Below are positions 28,486 through 38,855 of a stretch of 64,000 bases of DNA, piece after piece. A program made the translations under genes and the position numbers. The DNA lies in assembly GCA_048250755.1 (NCBI GenBank), contig DBEZMF010000011.1, positions 874 through 64,873 of the forward strand, given 5' to 3'. Numbering within the stretch: position 1 is the first letter of the stretch; each line of letters opens with the position of its first letter. The stretch is from Collinsella sp. (GTDB lineage: Bacteria; Actinomycetota; Coriobacteriia; Coriobacteriales; Coriobacteriaceae). The notes under the pieces were generated by a model that saw only the letters and a program-made list of their open reading frames with translations, was not told the origin of the DNA and made no database searches.

Positions 28486-28923
28486 ATGAACGAGGGCTAC
28501 ACCAAGGTATTTGTTTCACTCGACGGTACTGAGCAGCAGGATTTTGTGCTCGCACGCGCCATCAAGGTCGCCGCGAACAACGGCGCCAAGCTAATCATCG
28601 GCCACGTTATCGATTCCACGGCGCTCGAGAGCGCCGGTTCCTATCCGGTCGATCTGGTCAACGGCCTAGAGGAGGCATTTAAGAACTCCATCGCCAAGCA
28701 GCTCGAAGAGGCCAAGGCCAATCCCGATATTCCCGAGGTCGAGGTCATGATTCGCGCCGGCCGTATTCGCGAGACGCTCAAGGACGAGATGCTCGACGTG
28801 GTTAAGCCCGACCTGGTGCTCTGCGGCGCCCGCGGCCTGTCCTCGATCAAGTATGCGCTGCTGGGTTCGATTTCGACGTTCCTGCTGCGCAATACGGACT
28901 GCGACATCTTGGTCGTGAAGTAG
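28486..28923 (+). CDS. Universal stress protein
   Basis: VSLDG..., CGARGLSSIKYALLGSIS...CDILVV. Confidence 0.92.
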   Translation: MNEGYTKVFVSLDGTEQQDFVLARAIKVAANNGAKLIIGHVIDSTALESAGSYPVDLVNGLEEAFKNSIAKQLEEAKANPDIPEVEVMIRAGRIRETLKDEMLDVVKPDLVLCGARGLSSIKYALLGSISTFLLRNTDCDILVVK

Positions 28924-28936
28924 GTTCCTTCCCGCC

Positions 28937-29027
28937 GGCGCAAGGCCTGCGGGGTTATCACGCCGACGTCCTCGCCGCTTCGCGGCTGCGGGATGTCGGC
29001 TTAGATAACCCCTCCCGGCCTTGCGCC
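28937..29027. repeat. Nested palindromic element
   Basis: GGCGCAAGGCC/GGCCTTGCGCC, GGGGTTATC/GATAACCCC, GCCGACGTCC/GGATGTCGGC, apical GCCGC-TTC-GCGGC. Confidence 0.7.
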
Positions 29028-29058
29028 TTCGTCACCGTACTTCAGCGAGTTGGCTGAT

Positions 29059-29099
29059 AAAAAATGGCGTGCCGCCCTGGTTGGGGCGGCACGTTTTTT
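29059..29099. terminator. Bidirectional intrinsic terminator
   Basis: A6, CGTGCCGCCC/GGGCGGCACG stem, T6, between convergent genes. Confidence 0.8.
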
Positions 29100-29176
29100 A
29101 TGGGGCGATTCATTTAAATCCTTGCGGCTATATTCACGTTCGGGAACATAGCCGTCCGCACCGCAAGACGGCCCGC

Positions 29177-30220
29177 CTACTCAAAGCATTGGAACTTGTT
29201 GGTTGAGAAGGCAAACGTGACGACAAAGCCTTCACCGGGCTCGGATGCCGCGGTGACGTCGATGCCCATCTTGGAGCACAGGCGCGCCACCAGGTAGAGG
29301 CCGATGCCCGTTGCGCGCTTGGTGGTGCGGCCGTTGTCGCCGGTAAAACCCTTCTCGAACACGCGCGGCAGGTCTGCCGCACACACGCCGCAGCCGTTGT
29401 CCGCGACGGTAAGCTCGATGCGCTCGCTTGCCAGACCCTCGTCCAGCAACGCACCCGAAAACACGATCTTTGCGCCGTCCTCACGCGCATATTTAATGCT
29501 GTTCTGAATGAGCTGGCCCAGAATAAACTCGAGCCACTTCTCGTCGGTAAAGACCTCAAAGTCGAGGTTCTCGCACACCGGCGCCACGTGTGCCGCGATG
29601 AGCTCGCGCGCATTGGCCTTGATTGCGCCCGTCACCAGAGCCTTGAGGTTCCAACGTCGAATCAGATAATCGCGCTCCACAACCTCCGAGCGCGCATAGT
29701 AGAGCGCCTGGTCGATATAGCGCTCCACGCGGGCAAGCTCGCGACCGAGGTCATCTACGCGCGACAGATCATCTTCGCTGCCGTCCAGGTTTTCCAAAAT
29801 CAGATGGGCTGCCGCCAGGGGCAGCTTGGCCTCGTGGACCCAGCTCTCGATATAGTCGCGATAGTCATCGGTCTGGCGCCGGCCTTCGGCAACCTCGTCA
29901 CAAGCGGCTTTGCCCACCCGGCGCAAGACCTCGTACTCGAGCTCGCCCTCGGCATGGGTCGGACATTGCACCATCTCCTGCACCCATGCGGGACTCTCGA
30001 GCTCCTCTGCCGCACGCTCCAGCTGGCGCAGAAAACGACGACGGCGCGCGTACTCGATCACGATGCCCAACATGCCAAAGATAAAGGACACGCCGACCGC
30101 CACGACCACGATGGAAACGGGTGCGCAGGCGACCGTCAGCACAAAGCAGCTCAGCAGCACGCCGCACGTCCACACGGCGACGGGAAGTAGCGCATCTTTG
30201 AAGAATTTGGCGAACGACAT
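29177..30220 (-). CDS. BceS/GraS-like intramembrane-sensing histidine kinase
   Basis: Two N-terminal TM helices with a very short loop, WVHEAKLP, TDEKWLEFILGQLIQNSIKY, FEKGFTG. Confidence 0.9.
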   Translation of the reverse strand: MSFAKFFKDALLPVAVWTCGVLLSCFVLTVACAPVSIVVVAVGVSFIFGMLGIVIEYARRRRFLRQLERAAEELESPAWVQEMVQCPTHAEGELEYEVLRRVGKAACDEVAEGRRQTDDYRDYIESWVHEAKLPLAAAHLILENLDGSEDDLSRVDDLGRELARVERYIDQALYYARSEVVERDYLIRRWNLKALVTGAIKANARELIAAHVAPVCENLDFEVFTDEKWLEFILGQLIQNSIKYAREDGAKIVFSGALLDEGLASERIELTVADNGCGVCAADLPRVFEKGFTGDNGRTTKRATGIGLYLVARLCSKMGIDVTAASEPGEGFVVTFAFSTNKFQCFE

Positions 30221-30229
30221 AGCCGGCCC

Positions 30230-30901
30230 CTAGACCGAATAGCCCTGGCCGCGGTGCGTCGTCAAATACCCCTTGATGCCGATTTTTTCGAGCGTGGTGC
30301 GCAGGCGGTTGATGTTAACGGTAAGCGTGTTGTCGTCTACGAAGGCGTCGGAGTCCCACAGGTCCTGCATGATGGCCGAGCGCGAAACGATCTTGCCCGC
30401 GCGGCTCAGAAGCAGCGAGAGGATACGCAGTTCATTTTTGGTGAGCTCGGTGCTAGTGCCGGTTTGCGTATTGGTAACCATGGAGCGGGCGAGGTCAAGC
30501 TCCAGTCCCTTGTGGACGAGCGTACTGCGCTCGCCTGACGCCGCGGTGCGACGCAGCAAGGCATTGATGCGCGCCACGAGCACACGGGCGCTGTAGGGCT
30601 TGGGAACAAAGTCGTCCGCGCCGAGCGTCATGGCCATGACCTCGTCGATCTCGGTCGTGCGCGACGTGAGGACGATGATGGGAACCTCGGATTCGCGGCG
30701 AACCTCGTGGCAGATATGCTGGCCGTCCTTGACGGGAAGCGTGAGGTCGAGCAGCACCAGGTCGGGCGCGGCGGCGAGAATATCGCGCGAGACATGCTCG
30801 AACGATTCGCAGGTCTCGATTTCAAACCCGGCGCGGGCAAGGATGTCAACAAGCTCGCGACGAATGGGTTCATCGTCCTCAACGATATAGATTAGCGCCA
30901 T
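30230..30901 (-). CDS. BceR/GraR-like OmpR family response regulator
   Basis: IVEDD, LLDLTLP, GADDFVPKP, DDNTLTVNINRLR. Confidence 0.92.
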   Translation of the reverse strand: MALIYIVEDDEPIRRELVDILARAGFEIETCESFEHVSRDILAAAPDLVLLDLTLPVKDGQHICHEVRRESEVPIIVLTSRTTEIDEVMAMTLGADDFVPKPYSARVLVARINALLRRTAASGERSTLVHKGLELDLARSMVTNTQTGTSTELTKNELRILSLLLSRAGKIVSRSAIMQDLWDSDAFVDDNTLTVNINRLRTTLEKIGIKGYLTTHRGQGYSV

Positions 30902-31078
30902 GGATTCCGCTCCCCTCTTGGTTGTCTTGCCCCATTATGACCGCGGAGCCGCAGGTACGCGCCTCGCGTGTCACCAAGGTGACAGAACTGTTCGCGAACG
31001 AAAACGCTTGGCTCGTCCCTCGCTCGCAACGGGCGCGGGAATCAAATGATTATTAAATCCCCGTCCCAGAAAAATCAT

Positions 31079-31792
31079 TTAGCGGCGGGCGCGGAGCTTT
31101 TCGTAGCCGTCGGCGAAGAAGGCGACCGTCGCGGCGTCGGCCTCGGCAGCGTCCGTCTCGGTTGCGGGAACCACGCCGTGCTCGTCGCTCACCAGGAACA
31201 GCGCGCCCTTGAGTTGCGCGGGAATGTCTACGCGCGTGACCGGGATGCCCTTGGTCTGGGCGAGCTGCTCGATGAGCGTCGCCGTGCCGCACAGGCACTC
31301 GTCCGCCGGCGCCACAAAGGCAAGCTCGCCGTTGTTGACGGCGGCGAGCAACTCGGGCGCCACGCCGGTCTCGTCGGCCTCGGAGCGGGCCTCGGCGGAA
31401 CGGGCACGCAGCGCCTTGGCCGACGTATCGGCGAGCGGCTCGTACTCCCCCACCGTCATGGCGGCGTTGCCGTTGATGTCGATCACCAGCATGAGTACGC
31501 CGTCGTGCGCAGTGTAATCGCCCTCGGCAAGCGACCACTCAACGTGCTGTTTGGCCCAGCTGAGCATGTTATGGGTAAGCGGCTCGCCCTGCACCAGGCG
31601 CTCGGACAGTGCGCGAATGTGGCGGTTGAGCATGGGCACCTTTTTATTGGACATGCGCCAACGGCAGATAAGCGCGGGCTTGTCGAGCGTAAACTTCTCG
31701 ACCGCCTCCTGACTGGCGCAAAAGTCCTCGTACGCACGCTGATCCTCGGCATTGCCAAACAGCTCGGCATCATCAATCTGGGGCATGGTCAT
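31079..31792 (-). CDS. Hypothetical protein, possibly a diverged class IV aminotransferase fold
   Basis: LNRHIRAL, ALFLVSDEHGVVP loosely recall class IV motifs; normal codon usage. Confidence 0.6.
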   Translation of the reverse strand: MTMPQIDDAELFGNAEDQRAYEDFCASQEAVEKFTLDKPALICRWRMSNKKVPMLNRHIRALSERLVQGEPLTHNMLSWAKQHVEWSLAEGDYTAHDGVLMLVIDINGNAAMTVGEYEPLADTSAKALRARSAEARSEADETGVAPELLAAVNNGELAFVAPADECLCGTATLIEQLAQTKGIPVTRVDIPAQLKGALFLVSDEHGVVPATETDAAEADAATVAFFADGYEKLRARR

Positions 31793-31891
31793 ACCTTTCG
31801 TGTTAGTCATTCCGTCCTCTTATACCAAAAAGACGGCCCTCCAAACGGAGCAGCCGTCTTTTGCGGAGATTATTTTGTCCCAAGGCGGAAC

Positions 31892-33499
31892 TTAGTGGCG
31901 GAAGTGGCGGGCGCCGGTAAAGACCATAGCAATATTGTGCTCGTTGCAGGCCTGGATGCTCTCGTCATCGCGCTTGGAGCCGCCGGGCTGGATGATGCAG
32001 GTCACGCCGTGTGCAGCAAGCACGTCGACGTTGTCGCGGAACGGGAAGAACGCGTCGCTTGCACAGGCAAAGCCGCCCTTCTCCACGCCCTCGCGCTCGC
32101 AGAAGTCCTCGGCGCGCTCGCAGGCAAGTAGCGCAGAGTCAACGCGGTTAGGCTGACCCGGGCCCATGCCAATGCCGGCCTTACCCTTGGAGACCAGGAT
32201 GGCGTTGGACTTAACGCCCTTGCAGACCTTCCAGGCAAACTCGAGCTCGGCCATCTCGGCGTCGGTGGGCTTGCGGTCGGTGGGGAACGTAAAGGTCGCG
32301 GGATCCTCGGTCACGTGGTCGACCTCCTGCACCAGCATGCCGCCGTCGACGGAGCGCAGCTCCACCTGAGCGCCGTGGTCCACGCCGCCGGTCGCCAACA
32401 CGCGCAGGTTGGGGCGCTTGGCCATGCGCTCGAGCGCCTCGGCGGTGTAGCTCGGGGCGATGATGACCTCGACGAACTGCTTGTTCTGATCGGCAAAGTG
32501 CTCAACCAGATCAAAGGGAACCTCGCGGTTGCAGGCGATGATGCCGCCGAAGGCGCTCTTGGGATCGCAGGCAAAAGCGCGGTCGTAGGCAGCCGTGATG
32601 TCCTCGGCAACGGCGGAACCGCAGGGGTTCTGGTGCTTGAGGATTACGCAGGCCGGCTCGTCGAACTCGCGGACCAGGTTCCAGGCGGCGTCGGCATCCA
32701 GATAGTTGTTGTAGCTGAGCGGCTTGCCCTGGATCTGCTTGGAGCCCACGAGCGGGAACTGCGAGCTCGCGGTGTTCTCGCAACCCTCGGCAAAGCGATA
32801 GACCGTGGCCTTTTGCTGCGGGTTCTCGCCATAGCGCAGGTCGTCGACCTTCTCCAGCGAGATCTCGAGCTTGGCAGAGGTGTCCGCCACGTCGCTTGCC
32901 TGGGCGGCAAGCCAACGGGAGATAGCCGTGTCGTAGGCGGCGGTGGTCTGGTAGACCTTCACCTGCAGGCGACGACGGGTGGAAAGCGTGGTGCAGCCAC
33001 CGGTCTCGCGCATCTCGGCCAGGACGGCATCATAGTCGGCCGGGTCGGAGATGACGGTAACGCTCGCGGCGTTCTTGGCGGCAGAGCGCAGCATGGAGGG
33101 ACCGCCGATGTCGATGTGCTCGATGGCATCCGCGAAGGTGACCTCGGGGTTGGCGACGGTCTTCTCGAACTCGTACAGGTTGACGACGACCAGGTCGATC
33201 AGCTTAATGCCGTGCTGTGCCGCCTCCTGCATGTGCTGCTCGGAATCGCGGCGGGCCAGCAGCGCGCCGTGAACCTTGGGGTGCAGGGTCTTAACGCGGC
33301 CGTCCATCATCTCGGGATAGCCCGTGAACTCCTCGATGGGGGTTACGGGAACGCCCGCGTCCTCGATGGCACGAGCCGTGCCGCCCGTAGAGATGATCTC
33401 GACGCCAAAGTCATCGACCAGCGTCCGTGCGAAATCGACGACGCCCGTCTTATCGGTAACCGAGATCAACGCGCGTGCGATCTTCACATCAGATCCCAT
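31892..33499 (-). CDS. purH: Bifunctional AICAR transformylase/IMP cyclohydrolase
   Basis: [46 protein letters not shown]. Confidence 0.97.
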   Translation of the reverse strand: MGSDVKIARALISVTDKTGVVDFARTLVDDFGVEIISTGGTARAIEDAGVPVTPIEEFTGYPEMMDGRVKTLHPKVHGALLARRDSEQHMQEAAQHGIKLIDLVVVNLYEFEKTVANPEVTFADAIEHIDIGGPSMLRSAAKNAASVTVISDPADYDAVLAEMRETGGCTTLSTRRRLQVKVYQTTAAYDTAISRWLAAQASDVADTSAKLEISLEKVDDLRYGENPQQKATVYRFAEGCENTASSQFPLVGSKQIQGKPLSYNNYLDADAAWNLVREFDEPACVILKHQNPCGSAVAEDITAAYDRAFACDPKSAFGGIIACNREVPFDLVEHFADQNKQFVEVIIAPSYTAEALERMAKRPNLRVLATGGVDHGAQVELRSVDGGMLVQEVDHVTEDPATFTFPTDRKPTDAEMAELEFAWKVCKGVKSNAILVSKGKAGIGMGPGQPNRVDSALLACERAEDFCEREGVEKGGFACASDAFFPFRDNVDVLAAHGVTCIIQPGGSKRDDESIQACNEHNIAMVFTGARHFRH

Positions 33500-33776
33500 G
33501 CAGTCCTCCTGTCTGGTACGCCGCCGTGCTCTGTGAGCCGGTGATACGTCGATCTGCAGCGCTCGCGCAGCGGCATTGAAAATACTGATTCAATGTAGCG
33601 CATCGAGCGCATCGATGCACCCCGCAACGGGCGCATATGCAGAAAAAGTTTGCGAGCGGAGGGGATGGGCACGGCACCGGGCACGGTGAGTTCATGGAAC
33701 ACAGGGGCACCATAATTAGATGCCAATAGCGTGGTAGAACTGTGCTCGATATGCATCCGCAAAAGAAAGAGGCACC

Positions 33777-34418
33777 ATGGTCTCGCGGGTTCTCTACCGA
33801 CCGTTTGATACCGAAGACTTCGACGCCATCGCGCTGATTCTACAGCAGCTTTGGCATGACAATTCGGATAACGATGAGTACAACCGCCTCGAGGCCGCGT
33901 GCGACCTTGCCTACTGCCTTTCGTCTTCGACGTTTTCGCAAGTTGCCGTAATCGACGGTCAGGCGCGCGGCATTGCGCTCGCGCGTGCGGGACAGAGCTC
34001 CGGCGCCACCGTTAAGGAACATTGGCTGGATACCGAACGCGCACTGCTATCGCAAATGCGCGAGCTGGAGCCCGATGCCTGCGCCGAGTATCTCTCGTTT
34101 GTGCGCGCAACCATCCGAACCAACAACCGCCTGCTCGAAAGCAGCCCGTTGCCACACGACAACGAGGTCACGCTGCTTGCCGTAGATCGCGACGTCCATG
34201 GCCTGGGCGTTGGCTCGGTGTTGCTCGACGCCGCAGTCTCGTACCTATCCTCGCGCGGGGCGACGAGGGCGCACCTGTACACCGACTCCAACTGCTCGTG
34301 GAAGTTCTACGAGCTGCATGGCTTTAAGCGCACGGCCACGCACCGCGCCAACCGCGAAGAGCGCCGTCACGACATGCCGCGCGAAAGCTTCCTCTACGAA
34401 CTCGACCTAACAGCCTAG
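33777..34418 (+). CDS. GNAT family acetyltransferase
   Basis: LAVDRDVHGLGVGSVLL, LYTD...FYELHGF. Confidence 0.88.
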   Translation: MVSRVLYRPFDTEDFDAIALILQQLWHDNSDNDEYNRLEAACDLAYCLSSSTFSQVAVIDGQARGIALARAGQSSGATVKEHWLDTERALLSQMRELEPDACAEYLSFVRATIRTNNRLLESSPLPHDNEVTLLAVDRDVHGLGVGSVLLDAAVSYLSSRGATRAHLYTDSNCSWKFYELHGFKRTATHRANREERRHDMPRESFLYELDLTA

Positions 34419-34433
34419 GCCCAGCAGCCATAC

Positions 34434-34481
34434 CTAGTCATTTAGGAACGTCCCCAGTGACTAGTCGTTGGGGACAGTCTT
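34434..34481. repeat. REP-like element (GGGGAC family, CTAG-ended)
   Basis: CTAGTCATTTAGGAACGTCCCCAGTGACTAGTCGTTGGGGACAGTCTT; related to 52535-52582. Confidence 0.65.
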
Positions 34482-34556
34482 CGTAGGTAGCGCATAAAAA
34501 GGGATGGGCTTCCCCCGACGGCTGTCGAGAAAAGCCCATCCCATAATTTACGACCG

Positions 34557-36503
34557 TTAGAACGTTCCGCCGCCGCCTCCGCCGACGCCGCCACCGCCGC
34601 CACCGGAAAAGCCGCCGCCGCTGCCGCCGCTCGAGCTATCGGAACTCGAAGCCAGCTCGCGGATGGTCTCGTGATACACATCGTTGAACGAATCGAGCGG
34701 AGACTCGTTGCCGTAGTGATGGTAATACCACCAGTAGCAGGGGTAGTTGTCGTAGAAATCGTCGCTGTTGCGCAGATCCGCAGGCACGGCCTCGGCCAGC
34801 TGTCGCAGCACTTCTTTCGAAACGCCCAGGGCAACGCCCATCACCAGCAGTTTGTTCCACAAGATCAGGTCGCTGGGGATAGCCTCCTTCAGGCGCGTAA
34901 AGTCCTCGAGCCAATGCTTGAGCGCCTTGCAGCGAGCCGCCACCTCGGCGCCCTCCGGCGTGTAACGGCGGAAGGTGCAGCTCAGGACAAAGCCCACGAT
35001 CGTGACGGGAATCGAGATCATAGCGGCGCCGACGTTGGCGTCCGCAAAGTCGGTATAGATCAGAGAGCCCAGAATGCCAAAGACAATGATGATGCCGAGA
35101 ACCAGGCCGGCCACCATCGCGATAGTGCCATCCGATGCGATAAACTCACGCGCCTCCAGCTTGCCCTTAACCGTGCTCTGATAGTCCTCGAGCTTGTCGC
35201 CAACAGATGTGGTGCGCTCGCTAGCGTACTCCTCCAGCTCGCTAAACGTGCGCGAACGGACTCCGTCCTTATCGGGCTTAACGCCGGCGAAGAAGACCTT
35301 GAGCACATCGCGATCGATGCCGTCCTTCTTGGCAGCCTTCCAGGCCTCGTCGGTCACCGTGATGCGATACGTCTGCTCCTCTTTTTCGCGACGGAGCAGG
35401 CCCTTCTTCTTGGCCTCGGTCGCTTCTTCCAGCTTGATCACGCGGTCGTCGGTCAGCTTCATCAGCGTGGCGATATATGCCTGATCGGGCACGTTGTTCC
35501 AGCTCATAAGAGCTGCAAGCACCGCGGGATGGTCGGCGGAGGGCACATCGCGGAAGTACTCGTCTTGGAAGAGCGGCTTGGGCTTGGGCCTGCGTAGCTT
35601 GAGCACAACGATTGTGCCGGTAAAGGCGACCGCCGCGACAACACTTAGCGCGGCAAGCGCATTGGCAATCATGCGAGCGTGAGCGCGGCGGGCGTTAGCT
35701 TCGTCGACCCATTCCTTCTCTTCGCTCAGGATCGTTGACATGCGCTCCTCGCTCGAAGCGGAAAGCCGAGGCACCCAATCGCTGGGGAAGGCGATGCGCG
35801 CCTCGGCGAATTCGCCCTGATGCACGCAGGGAATGGTATAGGTGACCATGGGTTCGTCCGCATCGAGCGACACGTCGCCCGTCAGCGGGCCGTGGCCCCA
35901 TGCGCGGAAGTTGTCGCCCTTGACGGCCGCCGTCCCGGCAGCGGCATTTGCGAAGTGAACTTCCATCTCGACGTCATCGGAATCCGCCGACCAGCCGTCG
36001 CCGACGAATTTCCAGTAAAGCTCGGCGGTATCGGCCCAGTTCATGACCGCACCGGTCATGGTGTAGCTCACGTAATAGACCGCGCTTTCGCCGCTCTCGT
36101 GGGGGCTGAAAACCTTGATCTTTACGCCGTCACCGGTCTGCTCGACCGTGTAGACGCCAGAGTCGCCCTTGTTCGCGCTATCGACTTTGTTAAACGCGGT
36201 GTCCTCTTCCTCGACGCTCAGCACGTCGACGCCCGCCGCGCCGCCCTGCTGGTTGGTGCCCGCATTGATCTCCCAAAACACGCCGTTGATATCGTCATCG
36301 AAATCGAACTGGCGTCCCTCGACAACGGTCAGCGAGCCATCGGCCTCGACCGTGGCGCCGATGTAGGTTTGGGTCATGGAGTAGCCGTCGGCGTGCGCGG
36401 CGGCAGGCAGCAGCAACAACGCAAGCGCAACGAGCGCGCAGACGGAAGCAAATCGCGCAAACAGGCGTCGCTGCCGACAGGTCTTGGCAACGGGAGCGTT
36501 CAT
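34557..36503 (-). CDS. DUF2207 family membrane protein
   Basis: Signal peptide, AELYWKFVG..W, WGHGPL, LWNKLLVMGVALGV, C-terminal GGGFSGGGGGGVGGGGGGTF. Confidence 0.88.
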   Translation of the reverse strand: MNAPVAKTCRQRRLFARFASVCALVALALLLLPAAAHADGYSMTQTYIGATVEADGSLTVVEGRQFDFDDDINGVFWEINAGTNQQGGAAGVDVLSVEEEDTAFNKVDSANKGDSGVYTVEQTGDGVKIKVFSPHESGESAVYYVSYTMTGAVMNWADTAELYWKFVGDGWSADSDDVEMEVHFANAAAGTAAVKGDNFRAWGHGPLTGDVSLDADEPMVTYTIPCVHQGEFAEARIAFPSDWVPRLSASSEERMSTILSEEKEWVDEANARRAHARMIANALAALSVVAAVAFTGTIVVLKLRRPKPKPLFQDEYFRDVPSADHPAVLAALMSWNNVPDQAYIATLMKLTDDRVIKLEEATEAKKKGLLRREKEEQTYRITVTDEAWKAAKKDGIDRDVLKVFFAGVKPDKDGVRSRTFSELEEYASERTTSVGDKLEDYQSTVKGKLEAREFIASDGTIAMVAGLVLGIIIVFGILGSLIYTDFADANVGAAMISIPVTIVGFVLSCTFRRYTPEGAEVAARCKALKHWLEDFTRLKEAIPSDLILWNKLLVMGVALGVSKEVLRQLAEAVPADLRNSDDFYDNYPCYWWYYHHYGNESPLDSFNDVYHETIRELASSSDSSSGGSGGGFSGGGGGGVGGGGGGTF

Positions 36504-36699
36504 AGGCACATCCTTTGTCTGTGATACCAGTAGCGTCATTGTCCCACGTTTGCGGGTTCATGTGACGAACATCTAGGTCAGCGGAGTATCAAACGGGACG
36601 AAAGTCACGCCCGCGGCTGGCACCTGGGGACGTTCCTTATTTGCCGGCAATCTGGGACACTCCTTGGCATAGCCCGCTCCGGCAATAGATACCACTTCA

Positions 36700-36878
36700 T
36701 AGCTCCGTCACAGCTGTAGCGGCTTTGTGTGGGCACGGCGTGAGCCGATTAAGCCGGCGAGCGAGGGGCATAAAGCAGTTGAGCGAAAACGGTTTGCCCC
36801 TTTGCCGTTCGCTTGAGGATCATGTCCCCCTTTTCCGCGGAAACCCCGGCAGTTGCGAAGAGCTGCCGGGGTTTCTGT
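36700..36878 (+). ncRNA. Candidate structured small RNA ending in an intrinsic terminator
   Basis: Long irregular hairpin at 36731-36830, then a GAAACCCCGGCAG/CTGCCGGGGTTTC stem, in a divergent intergenic region with no plus-strand CDS to terminate. Confidence 0.45.
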
Positions 36879-37009
36879 CGTTTGAGGGCTAGATTGATTG
36901 ACGATGATTAAGGTGCCGAGCCGGTGGTCCGGCACGCACAACACGCAGCCTCGGCAACTCGCGAGCATCGACGACGCCCCCCACCTCACCCCGCGCTATA
37001 CTCGTCCGC

Positions 37010-38029
37010 ATGGATATCAACGCATGTAACATAGCAACGCCCGCCGTGGCCACGTCGACGGCGCCCAACAGCAAGCTCGACCCCGCCCTCGCGCCTGCCG
37101 TGGGCCGTTTTGCCCCGTCGCCCTCGGGCCGCATGCACCTGGGCAACGTGTTCAGCTGCCTGTGCGCGTGGCTTTCGGCCCGCAGCCAGGGCGGCAGCAT
37201 CGTGCTGCGCATCGAGGACCTGGACGATCGCTGCAAGCGCCCGGAACTTGCCGCCCAATTGATTGACGACCTAGCTTGGCTGGGGCTTGAGTGGGACGAA
37301 GGCCCCTACTACCAGCACGATCGCCTGGACCTGTACGAGGACGCCCTGCGCCAGCTGCAAGACGCCGGCCTCACCTATCCCTGCTTTTGCACGCGCGCCG
37401 AACTCCACGCCGCGAGCGCACCGCACGCGAGCGACGGCACACCCATCTACCGCGGCGCCTGCCGAGGCCTTTCTGTCGAAGAGGTTGCCCGCCGCAGCAT
37501 CCTGCGCGCTCCGGCCACGCGCCTGCGCGTGCCCGTCGTCGACGACCTCGCGGGCGACGTGATCGAATTCGTGGACCGCACGTACGGGGCCCAATGCGAG
37601 GCACTCGCCACCGAGTGCGGCGACTTTTTGGTGCGCCGCAGCGACGGCGTGTTTGCCTATCAGCTGGCCGTGGTGGTCGATGACGCCGCCATGGGTATTA
37701 CCGAGATCGTACGCGGATGCGACCTGCTGGGCTCCACGCCCCGCCAAATCTACCTACAGCATCTGCTGGGGCTGCCCACACCGCGCTACGCGCACATTCC
37801 GCTGCTCATGTCGCCGGACGGCCGCCGCCTTTCCAAGCGCGACCGCGATCTGGACCTGGGCGAGCTCCGCGCCCGCTTTGGTACGCCCGAAGCACTGCTG
37901 GGCTGGCTCGCCGGGCAAACAGGCATCGCGCCGGACGCCACGCCGCGCTCTGCCGAGCAACTGGTCGAGCACTTTAGCTGGGATGTTATCCGCGCGCACC
38001 GGGAAAACATCACTGTAACGGTCGAGTAG
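37010..38029 (+). CDS. gluQ: Glutamyl-Q tRNA(Asp) synthetase
   Basis: GRFAPSPSG.MHLGN, RIEDLD, CFCTR, YQLAVVVDD, RLSKR; no anticodon-binding domain. Confidence 0.9.
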   Translation: MDINACNIATPAVATSTAPNSKLDPALAPAVGRFAPSPSGRMHLGNVFSCLCAWLSARSQGGSIVLRIEDLDDRCKRPELAAQLIDDLAWLGLEWDEGPYYQHDRLDLYEDALRQLQDAGLTYPCFCTRAELHAASAPHASDGTPIYRGACRGLSVEEVARRSILRAPATRLRVPVVDDLAGDVIEFVDRTYGAQCEALATECGDFLVRRSDGVFAYQLAVVVDDAAMGITEIVRGCDLLGSTPRQIYLQHLLGLPTPRYAHIPLLMSPDGRRLSKRDRDLDLGELRARFGTPEALLGWLAGQTGIAPDATPRSAEQLVEHFSWDVIRAHRENITVTVE

Positions 38030-38044
38030 CCAGCCACCCCGCCT

Positions 38045-38770
38045 CTACGCAACATCCCAGGGCTGGAGTTCGTCGCCCAAGCGAACGATGCGGTCGTAGA
38101 GCACGGTGTGACGCTCGGCCGGGTTGGTATCCCGATGAAAATGCCCGTAGTACCAGCGCTTGTAGTCCAAGCGGTCTTCCAGCTCATCGAAAAATGCCGT
38201 AAGCCGATCAACGGAGGGGCAATTCCAGCCGGGCGCTGGATAAAGCGTGGACGAAAGCATGCGCGTAGAGCAGGTGTGGGTGATCACGTAGTCGACCGTC
38301 CAGCCCACGCTGTCGAGCTTTGCCCGCGCCTCCTCAAAGTTGCGCTCGTCCGGCAGCTCCTGCGGCCACCAGCTGGAATACGGAATGCGGTATTCCTTGT
38401 CCACGCTCGTGGCGCCGCCCATGGTAAAGATCGTTGAGCCGTCGAGCTCAAAAACCTCGCCGCGCGTCAGGCGTCGGATGGGCGAGGTGTCCGACAGGCG
38501 CTGCGTCAGGCCGCCGTGCCACAGTTCCATGGGACGCTCCGCCCAGTGATCGAAACGTTCGTGGTTGCCGTCGACGAACAGCAACGTATAGGGGCGCGAC
38601 TCCAGCCAAGCGATATCGGCGCATTCCTCGGCAGAGAAATCCCACGGAAAGCCAAAGTCGCCCGCGACGATGAGATAGTCGTCGCTCGTCAGACTATCCC
38701 CAAGCTCCCAGTCGCGAAGCTTTTGCATGTCGGCACCGCCGTGAATATCGCCTGTTACATAGACCGTCAT
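38045..38770 (-). CDS. Calcineurin-like metallophosphoesterase
   Basis: TGDIHG, AGDFG, DGNHE, ITHT, GHFH. Confidence 0.9.
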   Translation of the reverse strand: MTVYVTGDIHGGADMQKLRDWELGDSLTSDDYLIVAGDFGFPWDFSAEECADIAWLESRPYTLLFVDGNHERFDHWAERPMELWHGGLTQRLSDTSPIRRLTRGEVFELDGSTIFTMGGATSVDKEYRIPYSSWWPQELPDERNFEEARAKLDSVGWTVDYVITHTCSTRMLSSTLYPAPGWNCPSVDRLTAFFDELEDRLDYKRWYYGHFHRDTNPAERHTVLYDRIVRLGDELQPWDVA

Positions 38771-38855
38771 CGGATTACCACTTCCCTGTAAGTCGCTAGC
38801 CCGCATTCTGCACGATCACTAAGCTAACCGTTCCAGTCCTTCCATCCCTTAGGGC

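Noticed and set aside
33500..33770. Possible ZTP (pfl) riboswitch upstream of purH
   Set aside because: The conserved GACTGGCG and CGCCTGGGC elements are not visible on the minus strand; only small generic hairpins
36740..36830. SRP RNA or tmRNA identity for the candidate sRNA
   Set aside because: No SRP GGAA-tetraloop domain and no tmRNA tRNA-like ends or tag reading frame
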